IMG/VR virus record: IMGVR_UViG_3300030372_002914
Location: 865-64,864 of that record
From: a virus
Taxonomy: Duplodnaviria > Caudoviricetes
Direction: 5' to 3' (one strand)
Length of the DNA: 64,000 nucleotides
Made by a program: the position numbers and the translations under genes. Positions within the stretch are counted from its first letter, which is position 1. Each line of letters opens with the position of its first letter. Below the pieces are notes generated by a model. It was not told the origin of the DNA, ran no database searches, and saw only the letters and a list, made by a program, of their open reading frames with translations. Positions 7,434 to 16,615 of the stretch are shown piece after piece.

Positions 7434-8231
7434 TTAATTATTTTTTACAAATGTTCCATTAACCATCTTGCCTTGTCTATTAACTATCTCAGCATAAGCT
7501 CTTTCAGTACATTCCTCTATTGTAGTACCACAAAGTTCTGCTAAGTTAGTTAGCACAACTACCATATCACCTATACCGTCCATGATCTCGTCATCGTCGT
7601 CTTTTAATATAGCTCTACCAACTTCACCAGCCTCTTCCATTAGTTTAACGTATTGAGTTTTAGCATCACCGGATTCATATATCCCTCTTTGTTCCGCCCA
7701 TTCTCTAATCATATCAAACATAGGTACATACTCATGTTCAACAGGAGCTTGATTAGGTGTTGGTTTGTTTTTAAAATACTTAAGCATAGCTTTATTATAT
7801 ACATAACATCTATCATTGTTATACATAGAAGTTACTGCATTCTTAACTATCCACTTAGTAAGAGCAGGACCTAATATAACTGTACCATGATCTGTTTCCC
7901 AGCTCATTTCTTGGTTATCCATTAGTTGACCCTTTAATTTATTAAGTGGACATGGAAATGTTGTTGTTTGTTCTGTCACGTTTATCTTCATATTCTTATT
8001 AAATTTATTATTATTAAACAATTCACTATATGGTTTCATATCAACTCTGTAACCATATTCTTTTTGAAGCTCTAGTTCACGTTTAGATATATAATCTATA
8101 TCTTCAGATGATTCTAGAATTTCGTACTCACCTACCTCATATCCTTGTTGACACTCAACTCTATTATATAAGTCATTTGTAACTCCGATTTTTTTACCTG
8201 GTATGTGGTATAATATATATTCTTTATTCAT
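7434..8231 (-). CDS. Fusion: N-terminal GIY-YIG-like nuclease domain + linker domain + C-terminal MazG-like nucleotide pyrophosphohydrolase
   Basis: N-term YILYHIPGKKIGVTNDLYNR...RELELQKEYG; C-term KLMEEAGEVGRAILK...EIMDGIGDMVVVL (EExxE...ExxD MazG motif). Confidence 0.7.
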   Translation of the reverse strand: MNKEYILYHIPGKKIGVTNDLYNRVECQQGYEVGEYEILESSEDIDYISKRELELQKEYGYRVDMKPYSELFNNNKFNKNMKINVTEQTTTFPCPLNKLKGQLMDNQEMSWETDHGTVILGPALTKWIVKNAVTSMYNNDRCYVYNKAMLKYFKNKPTPNQAPVEHEYVPMFDMIREWAEQRGIYESGDAKTQYVKLMEEAGEVGRAILKDDDDEIMDGIGDMVVVLTNLAELCGTTIEECTERAYAEIVNRQGKMVNGTFVKNN

Positions 8232-8883
8232 TTATCTTTTCTATTATATTGTTATACAAATGCAAGTTATGTGCAAAATGGAAATATTCACCAACTAGTA
8301 ATCCAAGTTCATCGGCAACTAATAATTGTAATTTTGAAAAACAATATTGATCGTTGCAGAAACCATACCAGAGGTCATTAGAACGCATCGTAACACACAT
8401 ATTAAGCTTTTGACCTACAATTGTAAATTGTACAGCATAGGTACAAGGAGTATCATACTCATAAGCTTTCCATTCTTTAGCATCATAAATACTAATTGCA
8501 GCTTGTCTGGTTCTAGGGTTGTCTTTTAAAAGTTGAATAACCATATCTAATTGGTCGTTTCTTTTCCATTGCCAACCATAATTAGAATTAACATTGCCAT
8601 CTTCATCAGCCATATGTTTCCATATTTCAGGAACTTTACCATAAAGATCTTCTAACTTATGAACGTTTCTGTTACCAGATAAATACCACTGCCATTCAGC
8701 TTCAGCATATTCCTGTTTCCAGTTTCTAGTTTTAAGTCCGTCATGAATAACATTATCCATTGGTTTTTTTATAGTAAAACCCACATTAAATAATGCTAGT
8801 GTATCATCAAATGGTTTACCAAATGTTAATATCTGATTAACATAGTAATGAAATGCTCCGTCTGCGTTTTTAAAATTTATCAT
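8224..8883 (-). CDS. Thymidylate-synthase-superfamily enzyme most similar to T4 gp42 dCMP hydroxymethylase
   Basis: E63 (AEWQWY), PEIW..MA...GNVNSNYGW, catalytic C147 (TPCTYAVQF), MRSNDLWYGFCND with Asp178 31 residues after the Cys, where dUMP-specific ThyA has Asn. Confidence 0.75.
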   Translation of the reverse strand: MINFKNADGAFHYYVNQILTFGKPFDDTLALFNVGFTIKKPMDNVIHDGLKTRNWKQEYAEAEWQWYLSGNRNVHKLEDLYGKVPEIWKHMADEDGNVNSNYGWQWKRNDQLDMVIQLLKDNPRTRQAAISIYDAKEWKAYEYDTPCTYAVQFTIVGQKLNMCVTMRSNDLWYGFCNDQYCFSKLQLLVADELGLLVGEYFHFAHNLHLYNNIIEKINE

Positions 8884-9218
8884 ATCTTTTTTCTTTTTTT
8901 AGGATCGTATATATCTCCCCAAATTGGTTTACGTTTTCTTCTTGCGGCTTCTATTTGTTTGTTACTATATTTATCATAATAATACTCGCAATATTTGTAA
9001 ACTTTTTCCATGACATCTTTTTTGTCATAAATTTTAGGGTCGAGATTTTTTTTGCCCTTTATTGTTATACCTATTCTCCATTGAGAATCACCATTCACAC
9101 AGTGATACTCTGGGTTTATAATTATATCATTCTCATCACACCAAAAATAAGGTATTAAATCATTATTTTCTCTTGTGTGATCAGGAAAGTCCCAATTATC
9201 ATTATCTAACTTTCCCAT
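8880..9218 (-). CDS. Hypothetical protein
   Basis: Tightly packed ORF in the replication operon. Confidence 0.6.
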   Translation of the reverse strand: MGKLDNDNWDFPDHTRENNDLIPYFWCDENDIIINPEYHCVNGDSQWRIGITIKGKKNLDPKIYDKKDVMEKVYKYCEYYYDKYSNKQIEAARRKRKPIWGDIYDPKKRKKI

Positions 9219-10924
9219 GGCAAATCTCCTACATTAGTTTCTGTTACTATTGGTACATAACTACCAGACTTAGGCTCCCAGTTAAAATGAGCTTCAGCTT
9301 GATTCTCACCAAGGTTTTGAAATTTAACTTTCAATACCTTAACTTTAACGGTTTGAGCTTCATAATCTCTATGAACTAATAAACCGTGGTAACTAGCATC
9401 ATACCATTCACCGCCACCTTTAATGCTGTACATTGTTGGCTCTTCAATTTTACCTTCTTTGTCTCTGTACATTTTAGTAGGGTGAGCAACAACCATAACC
9501 AATACATCATACTTTTTAGCAAACGTCTCGATCTTAGTTAAATACTCCATAGTATAACGATTAACATCTTCTGTCTTGCAGTCAACATCTCTAATCTTAT
9601 TAAAAGGATCAATGACTAAACATTTAATACCTTTACGTTTAACAAGCTCAGCGCCTTTACGTAATACATTTTCTAATGTATACCTATCCATATCAATAAA
9701 ATAGTAATTATCATTAATATGATTTGTGACTTGTTTCCATTTAGCAGAACCAATATCATCTTTTGTTGGCATACCTTCCCATGTCTTACGTATCAACTTA
9801 TGAGCATGCAAAAAATTAGGTTTGTTCTCTGGTGACGCAAAAGCTGTTTTCCATCCGTAGTTTTTATTATAACCTATACACATTTGGTCTACAAAATCTG
9901 ATTTACCTGATGATGGTATACCTGTTACAGTAATAAACTGTGAGGTATATGTAGAAAATATCTTATCGAAATTATCTAAACCAACTTGAAAACCAGGTTT
10001 AAAACCATTGTGTACAAAGTCTAATAAATCAGCTTCTAAGTCTCTAAGAGTTGAAACTCCTTCTAATGGAACTTGAGTAGCAGATGTTATAACTTTTCTA
10101 AGTTCTTCTGCTCCGTGTTCTATTAAAAAGTCATTAGGATCTTTATTACCATTGAAATCTACTAAGTAGCAAACCTCAGCGCCAAGACGTCTAATGAACT
10201 CATATCTTAAAGCTTGTCCAGCCTCATCAGCATCAACTGCTAATATAATCTTTTCTTTATCTTCGAAATAATCAATACAATTATCTAAATAATCTAAATT
10301 ATTATTATTTAACGTAGCGCCGTTAGGAACTGATATCACGTTTTTAATTCCAGCTTCGTGTAATGCTAGAGCATCCATTTCACCTTCTGTGATAACACAC
10401 CAGTCATATCCTACAATACTATTAATATTATAGAATATTTTTTCAGCACCTTTGTACAGTTTAAAGTTTTTTCTACCATCTCTATACTTTATATTAATAA
10501 GTTCTTCACCCATAATATAATTAAATTGTATAGTATTTTCTTTTTGGCCAGTTTGAGGCATATACTCTTCACCTGTGGTAACATTTAAGTCACGAAGGGA
10601 AGCTGGTGATATGCCTCTAGTCTTAAACCATTCAACTGCCTTGTCTTTAACTGGCTCAAATATTTCAACCGGTATTGGTTTTACATATTCTCTAGTCGCA
10701 TTACCTTTACGTTGGTAAGTATGTAATTGAAAACTAGTATCACAGTTATGACAGGTACCGAGACCACGTTCCCAATCGTAAGAAGCGCATTGTGCTGTTC
10801 TGTTTTTAGGTTGTCTATTGTGGGAACACAGAGGACATATCCCCTGCGTTTTACCCGCTTCTAAACCGTGTTGATTGAACTGGTCAATCTTAAATCCATT
10901 GATCTCTGTATTCTCTATATTCAT
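9206..10924 (-). CDS. T7 gp4/Twinkle-type primase-helicase
   Basis: Zn-binding CPLC...CHNC, TOPRIM ITEGEMDAL and AVDADEAG, SF4 Walker A GIPSSGKS, VIDPFN, VAHPTK; start reassigned to ATG 10924 (MNIENTE) to avoid overlap with SSB. Confidence 0.92.
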   Translation of the reverse strand: MNIENTEINGFKIDQFNQHGLEAGKTQGICPLCSHNRQPKNRTAQCASYDWERGLGTCHNCDTSFQLHTYQRKGNATREYVKPIPVEIFEPVKDKAVEWFKTRGISPASLRDLNVTTGEEYMPQTGQKENTIQFNYIMGEELINIKYRDGRKNFKLYKGAEKIFYNINSIVGYDWCVITEGEMDALALHEAGIKNVISVPNGATLNNNNLDYLDNCIDYFEDKEKIILAVDADEAGQALRYEFIRRLGAEVCYLVDFNGNKDPNDFLIEHGAEELRKVITSATQVPLEGVSTLRDLEADLLDFVHNGFKPGFQVGLDNFDKIFSTYTSQFITVTGIPSSGKSDFVDQMCIGYNKNYGWKTAFASPENKPNFLHAHKLIRKTWEGMPTKDDIGSAKWKQVTNHINDNYYFIDMDRYTLENVLRKGAELVKRKGIKCLVIDPFNKIRDVDCKTEDVNRYTMEYLTKIETFAKKYDVLVMVVAHPTKMYRDKEGKIEEPTMYSIKGGGEWYDASYHGLLVHRDYEAQTVKVKVLKVKFQNLGENQAEAHFNWEPKSGSYVPIVTETNVGDLPWES

Positions 10925-10925
10925 A

Positions 10926-11237
10926 TTAAAATGGTAAATCCTCTTTAGCTGCAGCAGAAGCCTGAGGCGCTGCTTGCGGTTGATTATCTCTAGGTGCGGT
11001 ACCAACATTTTCACCGTTTGTCCACACTACTTTTACATTACCCAAGTAAGTCTTAGAAGCCTTAGCCTCTCTTTCTTCCTTCGTTTGCTCAACAACCACT
11101 GGACCTTGATTTCCAAACTGGTCTACATCATCATTAAGCGTTATTGTTATAGGTAGGTATTTACCTTTTTTACCTACAAATATTTTATCTTTCGGTATTT
11201 CAGAAAGATTTATTGAAGCTTTTATTATACTTGCCAT
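10926..11237 (-). CDS. Single-stranded DNA-binding protein (putative)
   Basis: Beta-rich core, Q/A/P-rich linker and acidic DLPF C-terminal tip; adjacent to primase-helicase. Confidence 0.7.
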   Translation of the reverse strand: MASIIKASINLSEIPKDKIFVGKKGKYLPITITLNDDVDQFGNQGPVVVEQTKEEREAKASKTYLGNVKVVWTNGENVGTAPRDNQPQAAPQASAAAKEDLPF

Positions 11238-11239
11238 AT

Positions 11240-11428
11240 TTATCCATTTATTAAGTTAACTAATTCTTTTACTTTATTAACAGACGCTCCCGTTGTACGT
11301 CTAAAATCATCATATTTTTTATGATACGGGTGTAATTTATCAGGAGAGTTAGCATTGTAATAAAAATTATCTTGCGTTGCTTTAAATCTCTTACCTGATA
11401 TCAAACAGGTTTTCATTTTATATCCCAT
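11240..11428 (-). CDS. Small hypothetical protein
   Basis: Packed ORF; KTC...NFY pattern. Confidence 0.55.
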   Translation of the reverse strand: MGYKMKTCLISGKRFKATQDNFYYNANSPDKLHPYHKKYDDFRRTTGASVNKVKELVNLING

Positions 11429-11432
11429 CGGT

Positions 11433-12152
11433 TTATAAGGTTTTTGTTATTAAATATTGCTTACTGTCAAAATCTTCTGTATTAAAGAACAGATCGTACG
11501 CGTCAGTAGCTTTACGTACTTTTTCTTCACCAGATTTATAAAAGTCCGGTGAACAGTCGAACAAACCTATTTGATGCGTTTCTTTGTCTATTACCATAAA
11601 CAACATCTCATAACCAAATAGGTTACTATAGATATAAGCTTGACTATCATAGTTAAACTTAGAGGCTGACCACCTGAATCTATCAAGATCACTAGTTGTC
11701 TTAAGATCTATGACAAGTTTTTCTTCATGGTTAATAATATCTGCTTTACCTTTCCATTTGTTACCAAATATCTCTGTAACACCAGGGACTTCAAAGTCCC
11801 CTTTTATAAGACCTCTACATATATTATTATCCATTACAATCTCTGTCATCAATTCTATTTTATCAACCTCATGCTGTAATAAACAGATCTCTCCTTCAGA
11901 CATTTCTTTATATTTCTTAGTATTTCTAGTGCTAGACTCTATAATCTTAAATCTTTTAAGTTTATCAGGTTCTAGTATTGCTGTATGAAAATAACCACCT
12001 ACAACCATAGCTGTAGTACGTTGTTTTTCTTTATGCAATAATTTAGGGTTTTTAAGTAATATTGATATATCTGAATTACTTAAGAACTGCTTACCATAGT
12101 CTCCATAGTAATGTTCGTCCTGTTTTAATTTCTCAATTATTTTTTTATCCAT
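11433..12152 (-). CDS. RecE/exonuclease VIII-like PD-(D/E)xK exonuclease (DUF3799-like)
   Basis: YY...LSNSDI, G..FHTAILEP, KGKADII...IDLKTT, YDSQAYIY. Confidence 0.8.
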   Translation of the reverse strand: MDKKIIEKLKQDEHYYGDYGKQFLSNSDISILLKNPKLLHKEKQRTTAMVVGGYFHTAILEPDKLKRFKIIESSTRNTKKYKEMSEGEICLLQHEVDKIELMTEIVMDNNICRGLIKGDFEVPGVTEIFGNKWKGKADIINHEEKLVIDLKTTSDLDRFRWSASKFNYDSQAYIYSNLFGYEMLFMVIDKETHQIGLFDCSPDFYKSGEEKVRKATDAYDLFFNTEDFDSKQYLITKTL

Positions 12153-12702
12153 TAACTCCGTTTTTTAATGTTTTCATTTGTTCGGGTGTAACGGTATATT
12201 TAGATTCAATAGCTGTTATGCTACCTCCTCCTTTAACAAAATCAACCGCTTTCTTGTATTGGTCTTCAGTCATTTTAACTTTAGCTTTATTCACAATTCT
12301 GCTTGCTTTCCCATGACTATTAGTCGAGTCAGCATCGGCCGTATCATCAATTAGAAATAAGTTGCCTAATGCATACTTTTTCCCGTAAGATGAAGCCGCT
12401 CCAAATTGTTGTGCGGTTTGCATACCTTTTTGTGTAAGGTCTACACCGACTATTGCTGTTGCTGTGATTGAATTTGCACCATCAGACAAGATGGCTGTTG
12501 ATTTAATTACAGGTACGTGAGTTGTATCAATTAATTCTTCTTCTACTCTAACTGATACTTTCTCTCGTAATAAAAAAGGCTTTACTGCCTCGAGTATATC
12601 TTCTGCTTTTCGGAAATAGTATTTTCCGAAAGAATTATAAGAAGACTTTTTTGCTTTTAGTTCAGTCTGTATGACTGCTAATTTTTGGTTTAAATCTTTC
12701 AT
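12145..12702 (-). CDS. erf: ERF-family single-strand annealing recombinase
   Basis: IQTELKAKK..YNSFGKYYFR.AEDILEAVKP and GAASSYGKKYALGNLFLIDD.ADAD. Confidence 0.85.
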   Translation of the reverse strand: MKDLNQKLAVIQTELKAKKSSYNSFGKYYFRKAEDILEAVKPFLLREKVSVRVEEELIDTTHVPVIKSTAILSDGANSITATAIVGVDLTQKGMQTAQQFGAASSYGKKYALGNLFLIDDTADADSTNSHGKASRIVNKAKVKMTEDQYKKAVDFVKGGGSITAIESKYTVTPEQMKTLKNGVNG

Positions 12703-12723
12703 GGTTTATTGGTTTTGGTCTAT

Positions 12724-12736
12724 AGATATAATTACA
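12724..12736 (-). promoter_or_regulatory. Putative middle/late promoter motif (TGTAATTATATCT)
   Basis: Same TGTAAYTA core as the plus-strand intergenic motifs; lies between the sigma gene and the ERF-to-RNR operon. Confidence 0.55.
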
Positions 12737-12775
12737 TATCTTTGTTAATATTTACATTAGTGGATCGAGTGTAAC

Positions 12776-13540
12776 TTACAGATAGTCAACCACTTGCGAG
12801 TACTCAACTTTCTCGATTAGTTTATCAATTGCAAGTTTTTTTAGCTGTGAAATACGCACGTAAGAGCTACTACCTTTTATCCCTAAAATATCAGCAATAT
12901 CTTTAGCTGAATGCTTTTCGCAGTCAAGCCCGTATGATAGTCTTAATACTTGAAACTCTTTAGGATTTAAGTATTGTAACATTAAAGCTTTTATATACAC
13001 TGATAATAATTGTTTGTTATAATTATTTTTATCTGGTATATTATAAGCAGCATTTTGTTGCTCTGGTGTACCATCATCAAGACTTGTAAACACTGAGTTA
13101 AAAAATAACTCTACAGCTTTTTTATCTTCACCGAAATCTTTTCTGATTTCATTTAGTTTGTGTTCAGGTATTCTCATGCTACCTCTATTGCTATCAATAC
13201 CTCTTCGTATAGCACCTTTAATTCTTTTTGATAGAAAAGATTTTAAAGTTTTTTCTTGATCTTTAGCTACTAATATAGTATCCCAATCTATTCTATCCGC
13301 TCCAGCCGTTAAACCATAATTACCTTCTTGTAAAAGATCATTAATAGTCATAACGCCACTAGCCGCTTGAGCTGTTGAGAATTTCCTAGCTAAATTTTCT
13401 ACAAGCGGTAGAAATCTAGTTATTAATTGATCTCTACTCAACTCTTCATAAGGTAGATCAGGTAATCTTTGTAATTCAGCACTCATATCGTGCTTATATC
13501 TTACATAATTCTGTACATTATACTTTTTCATATTTTTCAT
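12776..13540 (-). CDS. Phage-encoded sigma-70 family RNA polymerase sigma factor
   Basis: Region 2 LPLVENLARKF...DLLQEGNYGL...IKGAIRR...MRIPEH; region 4 LNPKEFQVLRLSYGL...AKDIADILG...RISQLKKLAIDKL. Confidence 0.88.
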   Translation of the reverse strand: MKNMKKYNVQNYVRYKHDMSAELQRLPDLPYEELSRDQLITRFLPLVENLARKFSTAQAASGVMTINDLLQEGNYGLTAGADRIDWDTILVAKDQEKTLKSFLSKRIKGAIRRGIDSNRGSMRIPEHKLNEIRKDFGEDKKAVELFFNSVFTSLDDGTPEQQNAAYNIPDKNNYNKQLLSVYIKALMLQYLNPKEFQVLRLSYGLDCEKHSAKDIADILGIKGSSSYVRISQLKKLAIDKLIEKVEYSQVVDYL

Positions 13541-13964
13541 TTAAGTTTTTAATATATTCTAAACATGCACTCCAGTTTCTATTGTCCCAGTTCTTATTAA
13601 ACCAAAACCAATTACCTTGGAAATCTGGTTGACCTCTGAATCTAGTATCATCTATTAGAACATCACCGATTAATAAATCTTTTCTATGTGTAAGAATTAA
13701 CCTACGTTTTAAGTATGGAAAATGCTCTTCAAGCCATTCTCTTTTATGACCCCATACTTCAGGTCTTGTCCAAGGAGGAGTTGATGCTATAAAAATCTCG
13801 TGGTCTGCATTTAGCTCGGCTAAAACTTCTATAGCACCTTCCATTACTGGTAATGTTCTGTAGTTTACTACAAGATCTGGTCTTTTACTAAGTTTGTAAC
13901 CTTGGTATTCTTGACCTTTTTTAAAGTCAGTAATAACTCCGTCCATATCTATATATATTCTCAT
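13518..13964 (-). CDS. HAD-family 5'(3')-deoxyribonucleotidase (NT5C-like)
   Basis: IYIDMDGVITDF, IASTP, K..W...HF, KDLLIGDVLIDD. Confidence 0.85.
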   Translation of the reverse strand: MRIYIDMDGVITDFKKGQEYQGYKLSKRPDLVVNYRTLPVMEGAIEVLAELNADHEIFIASTPPWTRPEVWGHKREWLEEHFPYLKRRLILTHRKDLLIGDVLIDDTRFRGQPDFQGNWFWFNKNWDNRNWSACLEYIKNLNEKYEKV

Positions 13965-14575
13965 ATTTCTTCGTTTAATCTTTCTTTTTCTTGTTTTAAT
14001 TCGTTATTCATATGACGGTATATTGTTCTTGGTGTCACATTTAACATTTTTGCAAGTTTTGATATTATTATCTTATAACCCTCGTAATTAATTTGTGTCA
14101 TAGCTTCATATATATCTGACTTATCTATACCGTTCATTTTACCTATTAATTGACCTACAATACTCAACTTCTCTGATTTAGTTAACCCACAATCCCATTT
14201 AAATATTATCTTTCTAAGTTTATTTGTTGGTGGATGTTCTAAATCTACAACACTTAAATCATCTATAAGTCTAGCTACATTCCATCTGTTAATATTAAAT
14301 GTTATAAAACCATTTTCTTTGTCAGTTATATACATTGCTATATCCATAGCTTTGTGTTCATCCCAATCAAGATTTAAATGCCATAACACTAACATATGCC
14401 ACTTTAAACTCCTGTAAGTTGTTATTTTAGCTTTACTTCTAAATAGATTATAACACTGGTATGTACCATCTTTGTAGAATAGATACTGATCTGTTTCTAT
14501 ATCTGGCTTGTCTGTAATAGGATCTCTTCTCCATATTACACGATTATTAATTAAGTAATCAAATTTTCTCTCCAT
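13961..14575 (-). CDS. DNA-binding protein with C-terminal HTH (candidate initiator/regulator)
   Basis: C-terminal ISKLAKMLNVTPRTIYRHM helix-turn-helix. Confidence 0.6.
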   Translation of the reverse strand: MERKFDYLINNRVIWRRDPITDKPDIETDQYLFYKDGTYQCYNLFRSKAKITTYRSLKWHMLVLWHLNLDWDEHKAMDIAMYITDKENGFITFNINRWNVARLIDDLSVVDLEHPPTNKLRKIIFKWDCGLTKSEKLSIVGQLIGKMNGIDKSDIYEAMTQINYEGYKIIISKLAKMLNVTPRTIYRHMNNELKQEKERLNEEI

Positions 14576-14583
14576 GTATTATT

Positions 14584-14631
14584 TGTGACATAAGCCTGTT
14601 ACTATTTAGATCTTTTCAGGCTGTTGTCACA
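14584..14631. promoter_or_regulatory. 48-bp dyad site TGTGACA-N34-TGTCACA (copy 1)
   Basis: Perfect 7-bp inverted ends plus inner AGCCTG/CAGGCT; a homologous copy with identical 34-nt spacing lies at 20294-20341. Confidence 0.55.
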
Positions 14632-14730
14632 GTTTGGTTTTAAGGTTCCTATAATAATTCTTTTAGAATTATCTTTTTTGTAGTTTATTTTATTAAACTT
14701 ATCTATTGTTAGTTTTAATCTTTTATTCAT
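14602..14730 (-). CDS. 42-aa basic micro-ORF (not in ORF track)
   Basis: MNKRLKLTIDKFNKINYKK...; start overlaps the ligase stop. Confidence 0.35.
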   Translation of the reverse strand: MNKRLKLTIDKFNKINYKKDNSKRIIIGTLKPNCDNSLKRSK

Positions 14731-15574
14731 AATTTCTTATACATTTAAATAGCGGGTGTCTGTAACTACCTGCTTTAGTTCTTTCAAAAAAAGTGAAGGT
14801 GGCACGTTGGCCCATATATTCATGGACGTTTTGTAACATTAATGCAAGATCTTTATAATTATGACCTTTTCCTGGTGGACAGCCGAACTGATTTCCATCA
14901 TCATCTTGCATTATAAACTTGCCTAACGTACCGGCTCTCTTGCCTTTACCTTCCTCATAACCAACTATGTTAGCTTCAGCATCGCTAAAATCTTTGAACT
15001 TTCTAAGACTATGTGAACGCTTTTGTTGATATGGCGTATTTAGTCTTACAATAGAACCTTCATAACCGTTATTTAAATTAGCTTTATGCATTCCTTTAGC
15101 TTCTTCCTCGTTACTAACAATCCATGCACTAACGTGTTTTACGCAATAACTTTCTGGTAAACAGAACTTTATAAAGTTGTTTCTGACATCGAAACAGTCA
15201 TTGTCAGGATGTATTATATCATAACAATGAAACTGTACCATTTCAACTGAATTAAGCATGTCTATATCATCAGGAGTTTGTCTTCTGACTATAGATATGA
15301 TTTGTTCGAAATCATTTCTTAGATCATGATTATACAGTTCGCCATCAAGTACAACTATTTGGTTATTTTTAAACCACGGTTCTAAATCGTTTAGTATATG
15401 GTCTATGTTTTTCCACACTTTACCTGTACGTGAATAAGCGGTAACTTTACCTTTATCATATTGTATAAGACAACGCACGCCGTCAAGCTTTGGTTGCATA
15501 TACACTTTATCAGTGTAATCTATTGGTTTTGCGCTTACTGGATAAGCTAACATTGGTTTATATTTCATCTTCAT
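14723..15574 (-). CDS. ATP-dependent DNA ligase
   Basis: Motif I QPKLDGVRC, III VLDGELY, IIIa FHCYDI, IV GYEGSIVR, V KFK, C-terminal YRHPLFKCIR. Confidence 0.92.
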   Translation of the reverse strand: MKMKYKPMLAYPVSAKPIDYTDKVYMQPKLDGVRCLIQYDKGKVTAYSRTGKVWKNIDHILNDLEPWFKNNQIVVLDGELYNHDLRNDFEQIISIVRRQTPDDIDMLNSVEMVQFHCYDIIHPDNDCFDVRNNFIKFCLPESYCVKHVSAWIVSNEEEAKGMHKANLNNGYEGSIVRLNTPYQQKRSHSLRKFKDFSDAEANIVGYEEGKGKRAGTLGKFIMQDDDGNQFGCPPGKGHNYKDLALMLQNVHEYMGQRATFTFFERTKAGSYRHPLFKCIRNYE

Positions 15575-15845
15575 CTTCTAAATTTGTTAAATCGGAGTCT
15601 ATATGCATATCTAATCTATCACATAACTCCATAATTCTTATTTTCATTATAGCACATTTTTCATATTCTTCACGATCTAAATATAGATTTTGAAGTGTGA
15701 CACAGCGTGCTAACTCACCTACTGTGTTATCTCTTATATTGGTTTCAAGCCAATCTTCTTGTTGTGTATTTTTAGCTAAATTTATAAGTTCTTCTGCTAT
15801 AAACTTAGCTAATCTTTTCAAATTGTCATCAGATATATTATCCAT
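15558..15845 (-). CDS. Hypothetical protein with UVR-like EEYEKCA helix
   Basis: YLDREEYEKCAIMK; similar motif in 19125..19397. Confidence 0.6.
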   Translation of the reverse strand: MDNISDDNLKRLAKFIAEELINLAKNTQQEDWLETNIRDNTVGELARCVTLQNLYLDREEYEKCAIMKIRIMELCDRLDMHIDSDLTNLEDEDEI

Positions 15846-15866
15846 TACTCTTCGTATTTATTTTGT
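15837..15866 (-). promoter_or_regulatory. Early promoter-like motif E6
   Basis: ACAAAA-TAAATACGAA-N8-GATAAT, embedded across two coding sequences. Confidence 0.6.
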
Positions 15867-16261
15867 AATTTACTTGGTTTACCTACAAATATGCAGTTTC
15901 TATTGTAATCAAATATGCTAATCCATACATCTTTACCTGTATCACCCCACACAACGTATTCATAATCTAACCCACCATGAGGGCAATCTAGATTATCTAT
16001 ATACACATTACCAGCTTCTTCTTTTAGTTCCGCAATTAATGAAGCTGCTAAACAGCCTAATCCATTAAATATACCACCTCTATCCCCACCTAATCCATTA
16101 ACTATTCTCTTACCATCAATATAATCAGCTATTGTCACACCTAAATACTCAGGATAACCATCGTAGTGATGATAAATACTTACTAATTTATTCTCTGGTA
16201 TTTCACTAAACGATACTCCTTCTTCACGTTTAGCAATATGTATTGTTGCTCTTGTTCCCAT
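15845..16261 (-). CDS. Phage early protein of the MGTR...YxHxDGYP type, function unknown
   Basis: MGTRATI...IYHHYDGYPEYLG...FNGLGCLAASLIAELK. Confidence 0.7.
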   Translation of the reverse strand: MGTRATIHIAKREEGVSFSEIPENKLVSIYHHYDGYPEYLGVTIADYIDGKRIVNGLGGDRGGIFNGLGCLAASLIAELKEEAGNVYIDNLDCPHGGLDYEYVVWGDTGKDVWISIFDYNRNCIFVGKPSKLQNKYEE

Positions 16262-16262
16262 A

Positions 16263-16364
16263 TTATTGTCTTTTTATATCTATTATTGCTATTATTATAA
16301 ATATTATTTTTAATACAGCTACCGCTGCAAGTGTTAATCCTGTTTCTGATATAGCCCACTCCAT
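16263..16364 (-). CDS. 33-aa single-TM micro-protein (not in ORF track)
   Basis: MEWAISETGLTLAAVAVLKIIFIIIAIIDIKRQ; translationally coupled to neighbours. Confidence 0.5.
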   Translation of the reverse strand: MEWAISETGLTLAAVAVLKIIFIIIAIIDIKRQ

Positions 16365-16615
16365 TAATCTAATAGTGCCATATAGGCTTTAATATTGTTT
16401 TTCCTGAACCAATCTAATCCTTTTCTAAGATTATCCACATCAGTATCTAATCCCATTTCCATTATAATACTAGCACCTATTATAAAATCATAAATACTAA
16501 GTTCTACGTTATTTAAATAGCAACTGTCACCACCAAATCTATTGGTAACTTCATTTCCTTTTTCGTATATTTGACCGTTAAACCATTCAGGTATTTCTTG
16601 TTTAATCTTCATCAT
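16364..16615 (-). CDS. Hypothetical early protein
   Basis: Packed ORF, coupled stop/start. Confidence 0.65.
   Translation of the reverse strand: MMKIKQEIPEWFNGQIYEKGNEVTNRFGGDSCYLNNVELSIYDFIIGASIIMEMGLDTDVDNLRKGLDWFRKNNIKAYMALLD

Noticed and set aside
8224-8883. Ordinary thymidylate synthase ThyA
   Set aside because: Asp rather than Asn at the specificity position, no PCH motif, and closer resemblance to T4 gp42; kept only as the alternative hypothesis
14584-14631. CRP/FNR site from the TGTGA half-site
   Set aside because: Half-site spacing is 34 nt, not the 6 nt of TGTGA-N6-TCACA
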